From an uncultured Desulfospira sp. (GTDB lineage Bacteria; Desulfobacterota; Desulfobacteria; Desulfobacterales; Desulfobacteraceae): a DNA stretch of 64,000 nt. Location of the stretch: contig OY760175.1 in assembly GCA_963663165.1 (NCBI GenBank), positions 4,512,001 through 4,576,000 of the forward strand. The letters run 5' to 3'. The notes under the pieces are model-generated. The model was not told the DNA's origin and did not search any database. It saw only the letters and a list, made by a program, of their open reading frames with translations. Of this stretch, positions 29,201 through 37,295 are shown one piece after another; within the stretch, counting starts at the first letter, position 1, and each line of letters opens with the position of its first letter. Made by a program: the position numbers and the translations under genes.

Positions 29201-32200
29201 GGAAAACACGGTCCCGTTGATCAGGAACTCAACCCGGGATACCCCGCTTTCATCGGATGCATTGCAATTGATGGTGGCTGTACTGTCCACTGTCATGCCG
29301 CTGGTAAGGGGTTCGCCGTTCAATGTGATGTTGGAAATCACAGGGCCAAAGGAATCCATCCGGGGGGTGGCCGGAACGGCTGTTACGCCATTCTGGTCCT
29401 CGCCGCCGGACAGGTTCACCGTTGTCACGGTAAAATAGTAAGTTGTGCCGTTGGCAAGTCCAGCGATGCTTGCCGATGTGCCGGCCGTGGTCAGCACCGG
29501 CGACATGCCCTCAACACTGTCGAAACTTCCGGTGCTCTTGTAAATACGGTAAATTTTAACGTATTCCGATGGTTGTGCCGCACTCCAGGAAAGGGTGATC
29601 CGGCCGTTGAGTTCTTCAATGGTGTGAATACTTGGGTTTTCCATAACCGTGTAGGCGGTCACGGATGCCCCCGAACTTTCATTGCCGCTGGTATCTACGG
29701 CCGTGATTTTAAATGAATAGGCCGTAGAAGACGCAAGGCCGGTTGCTTCATATTGATTTTCATTTTTGGAAAGGGTTACGGCCTCGCCATTGTTGAAATA
29801 GATCAGGTAATGGGAAAGGTCTCCCGTGGTATCAGCGGAGTGATCCCAGGTAAAGGCCAGGCTGTCGGAACCGCTTTTGACCGAAATATTGGTTACATCT
29901 TCAGGGGCATTCTGGATGATAAAGGAACGAACCGCCGGGGTGGCGTCTTCATTGCCCGAATCATCTTTTGTCTTGACCCTGAACACATGCTCCCCGTCGG
30001 CAAGGCCGGTATATTGAATACTGGTATCCGTTGAATATGCCGTCCAGTCATTATCATCCAGCTGGGTGGCATAGGTCAGCAGCCACTGGACATTATCTTC
30101 CCCTGACCAGCTAAAGCCTGCCGTGTTGGTGTACAGAATTTCCCCATCGGCAGGGCCGGAGGAAATGGTGGTTTCCGGCGGGTCCGTATCCAGCAGGGTT
30201 GAAAACGAGGTTTCATCAGAATAATCGGTCCAGCTGCCCCGGCTGTCCAGGTAGCGGACCTGCCAGTAATAGGTCGTGTCAAGGGCCAGGGTCCCGTAGG
30301 AGAGGGTGATGGCGGTCAGGTCCGTGGCGGTCTCTTTAAAAAAGACAGGGTCGTCATAAGAACCGTCAGCTGAACGGACCTGCCATTGGGTGGAGGTGTG
30401 GGTATCCTCCGGGTCCGCATCCTGGAACGTAGATGCCGTCAGGGTCACGTTGGGGTTAATATCTTCGTCCCCGTCTGCCGGGGTTAAATTTACAGGCGGG
30501 TCTGCCCGGTTGTTTTCAAAGGTAATGGTGATGGTATCTGCAGGACTTTCATTGCCGGACCCATCCAGGCTGGTGACGGTGAAAACATGGTCGCCAATGG
30601 AAAGCTCGGCCTCATAGGACCAGGTGGTGCCGCCCGGAGTATAGATGACGCCCTCTTCAGAGCCATTGACCAGGATGGCCGCTGCATCTTCCGTGCAGGT
30701 GCCTTCCAGAACAAAGGAGGCCGACTGAACGGTCATGTCGCCGCCGGCATTGGTGGTAATGGCCGGGGCCCCGGCCGGTGTGGTATCAAGGGTAATGATG
30801 ATCAGGGTCCTGCCGCTGGGGGTATCGGTCCCGTCTAAGGCCTGGACGTAAATATAGTTGTGCCCTTCTGCCAGTGAAACAGCCGCTTGCCAGGTTGTTT
30901 CACCGGATAAATAGGTCACATTGTCTTCTGTATCGTTAACCAGAATCCGGGCCGTTTCTGAAGGGCAGGTCCCTTCCAGTACTATATTTGCGTCACTGGT
31001 GGTAAAATCAATACCGGTATTGGTGGTAATGATGGGATTGGCATACCCCGGGATATAGATGGTGCCGTCTTCGCCGGTTTCATTTCCGTTGGCACCTGAG
31101 ACCGTCACATGTTCAAGAATCTCATCGCCGGGGGAAAGGGTAAAATAATTGAGGGCGATCCTTCCGCCGGCCCCGCCGCCACCGCTGTAGTATCCGGTGC
31201 CGCCATTGGCTGAGATATACCCTGATCCGGTAATGCCCCAGGCCGTGATGTAAATGGAACCACCGGAGCCCCCGCCGGTATACCCGTATCCATTATAGCC
31301 GTTGGCCCCGTTGGCCAGGATATTTCCATTCAGGTTGACGGTCCCGCCGACGGTCAGCCTGAGGGCGCCGCCGCCGGCACCGCCGTCACGGTCGTAATAG
31401 GTGTTGTTGCCGCCGCCGCTGCCCAAAGTGGTCGGTTCAACATTGTCGCCATAACTCGGGCCGCCGTCGGCATATCGCCCGCTGCCGCCCTGTCCGCCGT
31501 GTCCGGCACCACCGGTGCCGGAAGAACCGGCATAATCATCTCCCTGGCCCGGGCCTTCTCCGCCGGCATATCCTTTTTCACTGACATCAATGCTGGCGCC
31601 TGATTCAATATTGATATCCCCGGTTACAGTCAGGTTTAAGGTGTATTCCTGATCACTTTCGTTGGCGCGGTGGGAAAGCGTGGTATCTTCGCTGATTGTC
31701 AGGGTTGTCATGGAAATCGAGCCGGTCTGCTCCAAAGAAATCTTACAGCGGCCCCGGACGATTATCTCGCCATAGTCACCGGAGACGGGCGTTATTCCGC
31801 TGGTCATATCGTTGGCCAGGAGTAAATCCGACAGGCTGTTTTTTGATGATTTTAGGTAGATGGTGCCTGCTCCGCCGTTTTTATACCCGGACCTGCCATA
31901 AGCGGACATGACAATTTGAGAGTCAAGGGTATCGTAGTAAACGGCAATCCTTCCGCCGGCCCCGCCGCCGCCGCTGTAGTAGCCGGTGCCGCCATTGGCT
32001 GAGATATACCCTGATCCGGTAATGCCCCCGGCCGTGATGTAAACGGAACCGCCGGCTCCCCCGCCGGTATACCCGTATCCGCTATAGCCGTTGGCCCCGT
32101 TGGCCAGGATATTTCCATTCAGGTTGAGGGTTCCGCCTACGGTCAGTTTGACAGCCCCGCCGCCGGCACCGCCGTCACGGTCGTAATAGGTGTTGTTACC

Positions 32201-35200
32201 GCCGCCGCTGCCAAAAGCCGTAGGTTCGGCAATATCCCCATAGCTTTGACCGGCATCGGCATATTGCCCGCTGCCGCCATGTCCACCGTGTCCGGCACCA
32301 CCGGTACCGGAAGAACCGGCATAATCATTTCCCTGGCCCGGGCCTTCTCCACCGGCATAACCCTTCTCGCTGACATCAATACTGGAACCCGATTCAATGG
32401 TCATATCACCGGTGATGGTCAGGTTTAAAGTGTATTCCTGGTTTGTGCCGTTGGCTGGATGGCTGAGCGCTGTATTCCCGGTAATGGCCAGGGAGCCTAT
32501 GGAAACAGATCCGGCAGGCTCCAGGGAAACCATACCGCCACCCTGGATACTGACGGTTTCATATGTGCCGGAAATGGGGGTTGCCCCGCTGGTGATCCCA
32601 TTGTTGGCAATTTGTAACTCTGAACTATTATCTTGTAGTGATTTCAGGTAAATGGTGCCGGTACCGCCACTTTCATTGCCGGTTGTTCCATAAGCAGATA
32701 TATCGACGGTGTCGTCAAGGCTGGTATAATAAACGGCAATCCTTCCGCCGGCCCCACCGCCGCCGCTGTAGTAGCCGGTGCCGCCATTGGCTGAGATATA
32801 CCCTGATCCGGTAATGCCCCCGGCCGTGATGTAAACGGAACCGCCGGCTCCCCCGCCGGTATACCCGTATCCGCTATAGCCGTTGGCCCCGTTGGCCAGG
32901 ATATTTCCATTCAGGTTGAGGGTTCCGCCTACGGTCAGTTTGACAGCCCCGCCGCCGGAACCGCCGTCATGGTCGTAATAGGTGTTGTTACCGCCGCCGC
33001 TGCCGATAGTCGTGGGTTCGGCAATGTCCCCATAGCTTTGACCGGCATCGGCATATTGCCCGCTGCCGCCATGTCCACCGTGTCCGGCACCACCGGTACC
33101 GGAAGAACCGGCATAATCATTTCCCTGGCCCGGGCCTTCTCCGCCGGCATATCCTTTTCCACTGACATCAATGCTGGAGCCTGATTCAATGGTAATATTG
33201 CCGGTGACAGTCAGGTCTAACGTGTATGCCTGGTCGGTGCTGTTAGGCCTATGGGTGACCGCCGTCTCTCCGGTGATGGTCAGCGATGCCATGGAAACGG
33301 ATCCGGTCTGTTCCAGAGCCATTTCCCCGCCGCCCCGGATGACGACCTCTCCATATTCACCGGAAATTGGGGTGGTACTTGAGGTGTTGCCGTTGTTGTC
33401 AAGGTACAGGCTGCCGTTGCTGCTGTCCGACGATTTCAGGTAAATGGTGCCGATTCCGCCGTATTCATATCCCGATCCGCCATATGCGGACATGGTGATA
33501 TTGGGATCAAGGGCGCCATAGTACACTGCGATCCGGCCGCCAGCCCCGCCGCCTGCAACATTGCTGTATCCATTCCCGCCATGAGCCGTAACCGAACCGG
33601 AGCCTGTAACTGTCCCGGCAGTCAGATAGACTGAGCCGCCGGCCCCGCCGCCGGCATAGTATTCCCCATTTCCCCCGTCAGCCAGAATGTCACCATTGAG
33701 GATGAATACGCCATTAACAGTCAGTTTTAAAGCCCCGCCGCCGGAACCCCCATTATAATTGTCTCTGTTGCCGCCGCCGCTTCCTATGGTGACCGGTTCT
33801 GCCAGGCTCCCGTAGCTTCCTCCGCCGTCGGCATAATTGGAAGAACCGCCATTGCCGCCATGGCCGGCCCCGCCCGGATAATTTGAGGCGTTTTCCCCCT
33901 GGCCTGTGCCCTCTCCTCCGGTATACCCCCTGGAACTGACATCGATGCTTGAACCCTCTTCAATCTCCATATTGCCGGTAACGGTGAGGTCCAGGGTGTA
34001 GGTCTGGTCCGTATCGTTGGCCGGGTGGGTTAATTTTGTATTTTCACTGATTAAAAGAGAGGTCATGGAAACCGGATCGGTCTGGAGCAGGGATAGGGTT
34101 CCGCCGCCGCGGATGGTCACGGTTTCGTAAGTGCCTGAAACCGGCGTCACCCCGATGGTGTATTTATTGGTTAAAAGAAGCAGTTCTGAACTATTGGTTT
34201 CAGAGGATTTCAGGTAAATGGTGCCGGTTCCGCCGTATTCATATCCGGATCCGCCGTATGCGGACATGTCGATAGTGGCATCAAGGGAGCCATAGTACAC
34301 CGCGATCCTTCCGCCGGCCCCGCCGCCTGCAACATTGCTGTATCCATTCCCGCCATGAGCCGTAATCGAACCGGAGCCTGTAACTGTCCCGGCAGCCAGA
34401 TAGACTGAGCCGCCGGCCCCGCCGCCGGCATAGTATTCCCCATTTCCCCCGTCAGCCAGAATGTCACCATTGAGGGTGAATACGCCATTAACGGTAAGTT
34501 TTAAAGCCCCGCCGCCGGAACCTCCGTTATAACTATCTCTGTTGCCGCCCCCGCTTCCTATGGTGACCGGTTCTGCCGGGCTCCCGTAACTTTCTCCGCG
34601 GCCGGTATACATGGCGCGGCCGCCATTACCGCCATGGCCGGCCCCGCCCGCGTAATTGGTTGAGTCTTCCCCCTGGCCTTCGCCCTCTCCTCCGGTATAT
34701 CCCCTGGAACTGACATCGATGCTTGAGCCCTCTTCAATCTGCATATTGCCGGTAACGGTGAGGTCCAGGGTGTAGGTCTGGTCCGTATCGTTGGCCGGGT
34801 GGGTTAATTTTGTATTTTCACTGATTAAAAGAGAGGTCATGGAAACCGGATCGGTCTGGAGCAGGGATAGGGTTCCGCCGCCGCGGATGGTCACGGTTTC
34901 GTAAGTGCCTGAAACCGGCGTCACCCCGATGGTGTATTTATTGGTTAAAAGAAGCAGTTCTGAACTATTGGTTTCAGAGGATTTCAGGTAAATGGTGCCG
35001 GTTCCGCCGTATTCATATCCGGATCCGCCGTATGCCGACATGTCGATAGTGGCATCAAGGGAGCTATAGTACACCGCGATCCTTCCGCCGGCCCCGCCGC
35101 CTGCAACATTGCTGTATCCATTCCCGCCATGAGCCGTAATCGAACCGAATCCCGTAATGGTTCCGGCAATAAGGTAGACGGAACCGCCGGAACCACCGCC

Positions 35201-36652
35201 GGCATAGTAGCTTCCATTTCCCCCGTCAGCAAGTATGTCACCGTTGAGGGTGAATACGCCATTAACGGTCAGTTTTAAAGCCCCGCCGCCGGAACCTCCG
35301 TTATAACTGTCTCTGCTGCCGCCCCCGCTTCCTATGGTGACCGGTTCTGCCGGGCTACCGTAGCTTTCTCCACGGCCGGTATACCTGGCGCGGCCGCCAT
35401 TGCCGCCATGGCCGGCCCCACCCGCGGAATTGGTTGAGTCTTCCCCCTGGCCTGTGCCCTCCCCTCCGGTATATCCCTTGGAACTGACATCGATACTTGA
35501 ACCGTCTTCAATCTGCATATTGCCGGTAACGGTGAGGTCCAGGACGTAGGTCTGGTCTGAGTTGTTGGCGGGATGGGTCACCTGTGTATTTTCACTGATT
35601 AAAAGAGAGACCATGGACACCGGATCGGTCTGCATTAAGGCGATGGTGCCGCCGCCGCGGATGGTCACGGTTTCATAGGTGCCTGAAACCGGTGTTACCC
35701 CGCTGGTGTTGCCGTTGTTTAAAATAAGCAGTTCTGAAAGATCACTTCCGGATGCCTTCAGGTAAATGGTGCCTGGTCCGCCGCATTCATATCCTGACCC
35801 GCCAAAAGCCGACATGCCGACAGTGGCATCAAGGGTGCCATAATAAACTGCGATCCTTCCGCCGGCCCCGCCGCCGCCCGCTCCGTTTCCGCCGTTTCCG
35901 CCGTCAGCCGAAACCGAACCGGATCCTGTAATGGTTTCGGCCGTAAGGTAGACGGAACCGCCGGCCCCGCCTCCCGAATATGTGCCTGCGTATGCGCCAT
36001 TTGCAAGAATATCGCCATTCAGGGTTAAGGTGCCGTTAACCGTAAGTTTCAATGCCCCGCCGCCGGAACCACCGTTATAATTGTCTCTGTTGCCGCCGCC
36101 GCTTCCCAAGGTTACCGGCTCAGTCACGTTGCCATACCCCTGTCCACCGGCGGCGGAGATGGAGCTCCCGCCGTTTCCGCCGTGCCCGGCACCACCCGCA
36201 TAATTGCTTGCGTCTTCACCCTTGCCGGGACCGTTTCCGGCCGTATACCCTTTGCCGCTCAAATTAATGCGTGAGCCGGCTTCAATAAGGGCATCGCCTG
36301 TAATTGTAATATCAAGGGGATTGCGCAAGGCGTCATCCGGCCCCGAATGGGTAAGGACCGCATTGTTGATCAGGTTTATCTGTGTAAAACTGTGAGTGCC
36401 GTCCACTGTAAGGGTGCAGCCATCAACCGTTATGGCCTGGTTGTCGTATGATGAATCATTGGCAGCGATAGACGCGGCTGAGGAAAAGGTCGTCTCTTCT
36501 GCATCATTGACCGGTACGAAAATCATGGAGCAGGTCATCAGCAGCGTAAACCATAAGCAAAAGATGCTTAAACGGCCACGGGTTTGATTTAAATTATGTT
36601 TCCATTCAAATATAGAAGATCGATTTTTTCCGGTCGAAGCTGAAAACTGCAT
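20288..36652 (-). CDS. Giant YD/Rhs protein B1 (5,454 aa): long signal peptide, 7 Gly-rich repeats, Ig/FN3 stalk, Cys-rich linker, Rhs core, 145-aa Cys-rich tip
   Basis: Uninterrupted ORF; many YxYD..G repeats; LRLPGQYFDEESGLHYN..RYYDP..GRY...DPIG and PVNKIDPFG. Confidence 0.93.
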   Translation of the reverse strand: MQFSASTGKNRSSIFEWKHNLNQTRGRLSIFCLWFTLLMTCSMIFVPVNDAEETTFSSAASIAANDSSYDNQAITVDGCTLTVDGTHSFTQINLINNAVLTHSGPDDALRNPLDITITGDALIEAGSRINLSGKGYTAGNGPGKGEDASNYAGGAGHGGNGGSSISAAGGQGYGNVTEPVTLGSGGGNRDNYNGGSGGGALKLTVNGTLTLNGDILANGAYAGTYSGGGAGGSVYLTAETITGSGSVSADGGNGGNGAGGGGAGGRIAVYYGTLDATVGMSAFGGSGYECGGPGTIYLKASGSDLSELLILNNGNTSGVTPVSGTYETVTIRGGGTIALMQTDPVSMVSLLISENTQVTHPANNSDQTYVLDLTVTGNMQIEDGSSIDVSSKGYTGGEGTGQGEDSTNSAGGAGHGGNGGRARYTGRGESYGSPAEPVTIGSGGGSRDSYNGGSGGGALKLTVNGVFTLNGDILADGGNGSYYAGGGSGGSVYLIAGTITGFGSITAHGGNGYSNVAGGGAGGRIAVYYSSLDATIDMSAYGGSGYEYGGTGTIYLKSSETNSSELLLLTNKYTIGVTPVSGTYETVTIRGGGTLSLLQTDPVSMTSLLISENTKLTHPANDTDQTYTLDLTVTGNMQIEEGSSIDVSSRGYTGGEGEGQGEDSTNYAGGAGHGGNGGRAMYTGRGESYGSPAEPVTIGSGGGNRDSYNGGSGGGALKLTVNGVFTLNGDILADGGNGEYYAGGGAGGSVYLAAGTVTGSGSITAHGGNGYSNVAGGGAGGRIAVYYGSLDATIDMSAYGGSGYEYGGTGTIYLKSSETNSSELLLLTNKYTIGVTPVSGTYETVTIRGGGTLSLLQTDPVSMTSLLISENTKLTHPANDTDQTYTLDLTVTGNMEIEEGSSIDVSSRGYTGGEGTGQGENASNYPGGAGHGGNGGSSNYADGGGSYGSLAEPVTIGSGGGNRDNYNGGSGGGALKLTVNGVFILNGDILADGGNGEYYAGGGAGGSVYLTAGTVTGSGSVTAHGGNGYSNVAGGGAGGRIAVYYGALDPNITMSAYGGSGYEYGGIGTIYLKSSDSSNGSLYLDNNGNTSSTTPISGEYGEVVIRGGGEMALEQTGSVSMASLTITGETAVTHRPNSTDQAYTLDLTVTGNITIESGSSIDVSGKGYAGGEGPGQGNDYAGSSGTGGAGHGGHGGSGQYADAGQSYGDIAEPTTIGSGGGNNTYYDHDGGSGGGAVKLTVGGTLNLNGNILANGANGYSGYGYTGGGAGGSVYITAGGITGSGYISANGGTGYYSGGGGAGGRIAVYYTSLDDTVDISAYGTTGNESGGTGTIYLKSLQDNSSELQIANNGITSGATPISGTYETVSIQGGGMVSLEPAGSVSIGSLAITGNTALSHPANGTNQEYTLNLTITGDMTIESGSSIDVSEKGYAGGEGPGQGNDYAGSSGTGGAGHGGHGGSGQYADAGQSYGDIAEPTAFGSGGGNNTYYDRDGGAGGGAVKLTVGGTLNLNGNILANGANGYSGYGYTGGGAGGSVYITAGGITGSGYISANGGTGYYSGGGGAGGRIAVYYDTLDSQIVMSAYGRSGYKNGGAGTIYLKSSKNSLSDLLLANDMTSGITPVSGDYGEIIVRGRCKISLEQTGSISMTTLTISEDTTLSHRANESDQEYTLNLTVTGDINIESGASIDVSEKGYAGGEGPGQGDDYAGSSGTGGAGHGGQGGSGRYADGGPSYGDNVEPTTLGSGGGNNTYYDRDGGAGGGALRLTVGGTVNLNGNILANGANGYNGYGYTGGGSGGSIYITAWGITGSGYISANGGTGYYSGGGGAGGRIALNYFTLSPGDEILEHVTVSGANGNETGEDGTIYIPGYANPIITTNTGIDFTTSDANIVLEGTCPSETARILVNDTEDNVTYLSGETTWQAAVSLAEGHNYIYVQALDGTDTPSGRTLIIITLDTTPAGAPAITTNAGGDMTVQSASFVLEGTCTEDAAAILVNGSEEGVIYTPGGTTWSYEAELSIGDHVFTVTSLDGSGNESPADTITITFENNRADPPVNLTPADGDEDINPNVTLTASTFQDADPEDTHTSTQWQVRSADGSYDDPVFFKETATDLTAITLSYGTLALDTTYYWQVRYLDSRGSWTDYSDETSFSTLLDTDPPETTISSGPADGEILYTNTAGFSWSGEDNVQWLLTYATQLDDNDWTAYSTDTSIQYTGLADGEHVFRVKTKDDSGNEDATPAVRSFIIQNAPEDVTNISVKSGSDSLAFTWDHSADTTGDLSHYLIYFNNGEAVTLSKNENQYEATGLASSTAYSFKITAVDTSGNESSGASVTAYTVMENPSIHTIEELNGRITLSWSAAQPSEYVKIYRIYKSTGSFDSVEGMSPVLTTAGTSASIAGLANGTTYYFTVTTVNLSGGEDQNGVTAVPATPRMDSFGPVISNITLNGEPLTSGMTVDSTATINCNASDESGVSRVEFLINGTVFSDTSGSNYTCQWDILTADDGSFTIQITAYDTLGNTTTVSTTVTVALPLPPAPVITAPASGELVNDPSITISGTAQALADVMVYLNGAETGSWTAAGANGSFSLEAVLSEGENSIQVKARNRAGEGPLSTAVTVTLDTDIPDSPTHLEASSGTSGTVVLSWLKPLNSTVEGYNLYRSTASFETTGGAQVLNTNLITATALTDLPDEDGQYYYGVTAVDYAGNESALSALAAGTSDRAAPQAVSIEYAPQGAYDSDTGRMGPGMVYLTLTVSEPLAATPFLSINPLGATPMTIDLDQASDLVYTGLFVIESSAPTGTAYAVFSARDDAGNRGDTISSGGSVEIDTEGPSLIDIRMEPDSPVKNDETEPVELTVVLGLDEEVKDGETPVLSYLLSGGDGTAIAITDISLIETQDGHAQSFQAVFTLPGDAGLTGAQTLEFIYSAVDDLDNSSDEITADNAFQIYQGDLPPLDAPTNLSGTSLAAGDIKLSWDEVDLASGYVLYRQAPGESGLTLLVTLEADTEYTDNPGLDGTYTYAVASLRNENGQTAESGKSASIEVESDATAPGAPTDLALELTAQGIQSAWTAPAYTEAVTYSLYRADTVEITSVEGLTPIRTGIEDVTAMDTNPSDTCHRYAVTAVDAVGNESAPSNSPYLNFDLLPVNDLTVTRVDEENPVITWAHSGSTISGFNIYLGAKDSLTRLNTGQLTESTYTDSGYDKNDRRYTVIAVDNNNEESLGRSIVLPALIAALPEGAGLKRGLMNRLSYTVTNSGTSVVEDAVLRVTVESYEHVSEAFDLGAGESRTVSVVIGGYSDLPDTAALKTVIEIEPNDGETVLIETNAEIEVGTGMLKLSFTNDEFVRGTSGEIVFTLENTGDEQIEIVTAQSGGSASADITLYLTDQDGNTLATGSYTQTFGGNVVCLSNGLTVARIDAGSTFESKAMSIGVPSGAPDELSLILEISSIYYSIGDAQQVEMEGVKTSREITLIDTAYYGEILSVAPKESYGDEDIEITGRAVDRNDGEPLAQVPLTLVITINGFEKIIDVYTVSDGSFSYAFDPIDGVYGEYQVCAVHPDLSDRPVQARFSIIEQGSTAINFTPATYNLTALRNYEYDIPVTVTAGNAAQATHLEFVYDASDQDGQTLPTGIHVDTGEVVSSLGAGGTQTMTVTVWADNTADEDDTVVLRLVSDETADEGIGTLTVNIKCVEPDSSDAGPVLSYSPSYVETGLALDDSASETLTLENKGFSELADLSVELINTDGTAAPDWVVLNLPSDQGSIDVGESVELTLMFYPTEDTVEEGEYDFYIQVAGSNCDTANILVHAAVTGSGIGNVLFKVSDIYTATIDAETGEMIQGLSGAALTFQNETVTSISYSGSTDEYGEILLSDLPTGRYKYYLTADNHDQVTGRVWIKPGITVTEDVFMSYNLVSVEWTVTETTIEDKYEIVLSATYETDVPAAVVIADPASITLPDMEPGDVLLGEIRFTNYGLIRADEIEFALPESDQYFKYEFLASIPESIGAKESITVPYRVTCLSSLSGEDEGAGGSCFTYTKSTCLWYLYVCSNGTSYEDVRCVVFTHAMGDCSGDDGIGGVGSGSSTGTGSTGTGGSTGSGSGGWWGGVSGRLFTGSSGSGYTPSDSIPDGVVCTPVAVCEVTDECCKTRAREMVGSYVDLMNGEYEDDVADMSLKIPGDTLSVHRYYYDQTWHFSDTGMGLEFNYDVDASVPESITKDGVDYEKSDTAGTVYTYDKVKTITRDDEGYLWKDKVGSWIRYDLDGKILSRGSQDRTSFSYVYDEDDPDLLVHIVDSLGDTVLWYEYDPDGRVLLVRDGDGRQVSYQYTSGQLTTVTDLLGNEFYYTYDSDGRMTSKTDQAGRTTQMEYNSFGWISAIIDPNGNRTEYSYAQGDSQSELYNMITYPNGRIKETWYDELGRVTRVDLNGTTMEESVYENRKRYKTDERGHTTTYEFDEWNQLIKKTYPDGSTEETEYDPDTKLKVKRTERNGTVATYEYDDHGNITQRILAPGTDDEITYQFTYDSDGNQLTQRILGDDNTLESLTVMTYDEYGNMASITDPEGHTTRYTYNSLGMPLTREDPLGGTWTYVYDVDGSILEETDPLGNTVTYEYDAVGNQIKQTDAMGGEYEYAFDGKDRLIRQTNPSGQTTVYELNFEGKVLQDTDPEGRYLTYEYDKLGRLISKSNSAGKQVTYEYDEESAVGCSSCSAGSTGEPSLIRYPHLLLHQVYDSLGRKIEDIYKSEEGETLRERLTEYNDMDSISAVTDQNGLTTAYEYNGVGRKVAEVRPDGSRIEYAYDDRKNLISLTDANGHVTRFQYDRNNRMTAEIRPDEKTTTYEYDANGNLARKTNARGQVAEYDYNAVNKPVKVRYYENSSAGTPEKTLTLSYNKAGQLTDYTDGQISVHYEYDQSHRKISETVNYGAFSTTYQYDYYGNGLKKGYTGPDGTAYGYTYTQDNRIESITIPGAGTISYNDYEWTSPNTVLLPGGTRKEFEYDTFYRTTGIAVKDPGENPVMNQSFEYDQELNITSISTSTGTTAYNYDDQYHLVSATRPSGETISYTLDPMGNRLSQTGTTGDWEYNDNDQLTAYADTTVTYDADGNMATKTTGTETFEYTYDFENRLVQITSDLQGVMAAYSYDPFGRRISKTVDDETTYFGYADEGLTAEYNDKGEILKSYGYVPGAKGSIDPVFVKIGAAYYFYHNDTVKKPVKITDMAGAVVWSAVYDEYGKASVDEGSTIVSNLRLPGQYFDEESGLHYNYARYYDPDTGRYLETDPIGMGNRPDAGEHLTGKSCAGSFSDVDINYYLYADANPVNKIDPFGTFSFSGGVKGSLGCIPLGPIAPAGIKISGKLQFTRCCNCDTKQMEWKTTIEACIHGCIGVSLPSLKKIGKVEGTKCCPTSPEWSASLKASCSGFGITCSVSYTVKSFPSGKFAYGCKTVGVSLGMTDAITKGPSCSAGGCASVSF
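31050..36316 (-). repeat. Seven intragenic Gly-rich repeat units (774 bp and 789-792 bp classes)
   Basis: Unit LDLTVTG...KGY...GAGHGG...GSGGG...GGGAGGRIAVYY...GTIYL; shadow ORFs recur at 774, 789 and 792 bp offsets. Confidence 0.92.
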
Positions 36653-36905
36653 CCTGTGCCCTCTTTATCTCAATATCCATGTTCTGCATTCATAGTCGCC
36701 AAATTCACAAATCCGCAGGTATGTCTATTTTCAACCCCATTTTCGGCATCGCATATGGCCCAGAACTTGATCCTGCCGACGGATACCCGGATTGATGCAC
36801 CGGTTTTGAATGGTGCTGCCCCGGTCCGGAACGGCATACAGATGTCGTTGACAGTGAAAATATATCTTTTAAGCGAATCCGCTCTGTCGTCAGTGGATTA
36901 GTATT

Positions 36906-36921
36906 TGCAAAAACTATGCCT
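36906..36921 (-). promoter_or_regulatory. Sigma54 (-24/-12) promoter of Rhs unit 1
   Basis: Minus strand AGGCAT-AGTTT-TTGCA (GG-N10-GC). Confidence 0.65.
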
Positions 36922-37001
36922 GTGATCATGATGTTTGAAAGATCTCATTAATTCAATACGATACCTTTTTGAGCTATTATTTTGAGGATGGCGTTTTGGG
37001 A

Positions 37002-37035
37002 AAAAAATGTGAACTATTATGTAAAAGATTTCACA
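37002..37035. promoter_or_regulatory. Enhancer-like block with TGT-N10-ACA
   Basis: TGTaaaagatttcACA at 37020-37035, ~100 bp upstream of the sigma54 site; block aligns with 58479-58513. Confidence 0.65.
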
Positions 37036-37295
37036 ATAAGAAAAAGTTTTCCTAAAAATAGGTTTCGATAAAGGCGTGATTCGAACAGAAAATTGGATGG
37101 GGATGTTCTGTGTTCTTGATCCCAGTGCCCATGACACCCGGATGCCTTCCCCCCTATCAAAGAATATTCAAAATATATCGTAACTATTCAGCTAATGCTG
37201 AAAACTAAGCAAAACTGCCTGAAAACGACCCAAATCTTATGATCTGTAATTCGGCACCAGTTATGACCCGGGTTTTTGTCCGTGACAATTAACCG

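Noticed and set aside
36656..37137. Small ORFs or a decayed transglutaminase copy between the units
   Set aside because: ORFs overlap the promoter/enhancer; only scattered 6-9 nt matches to the TGase gene with inconsistent spacing; unresolved without alignment
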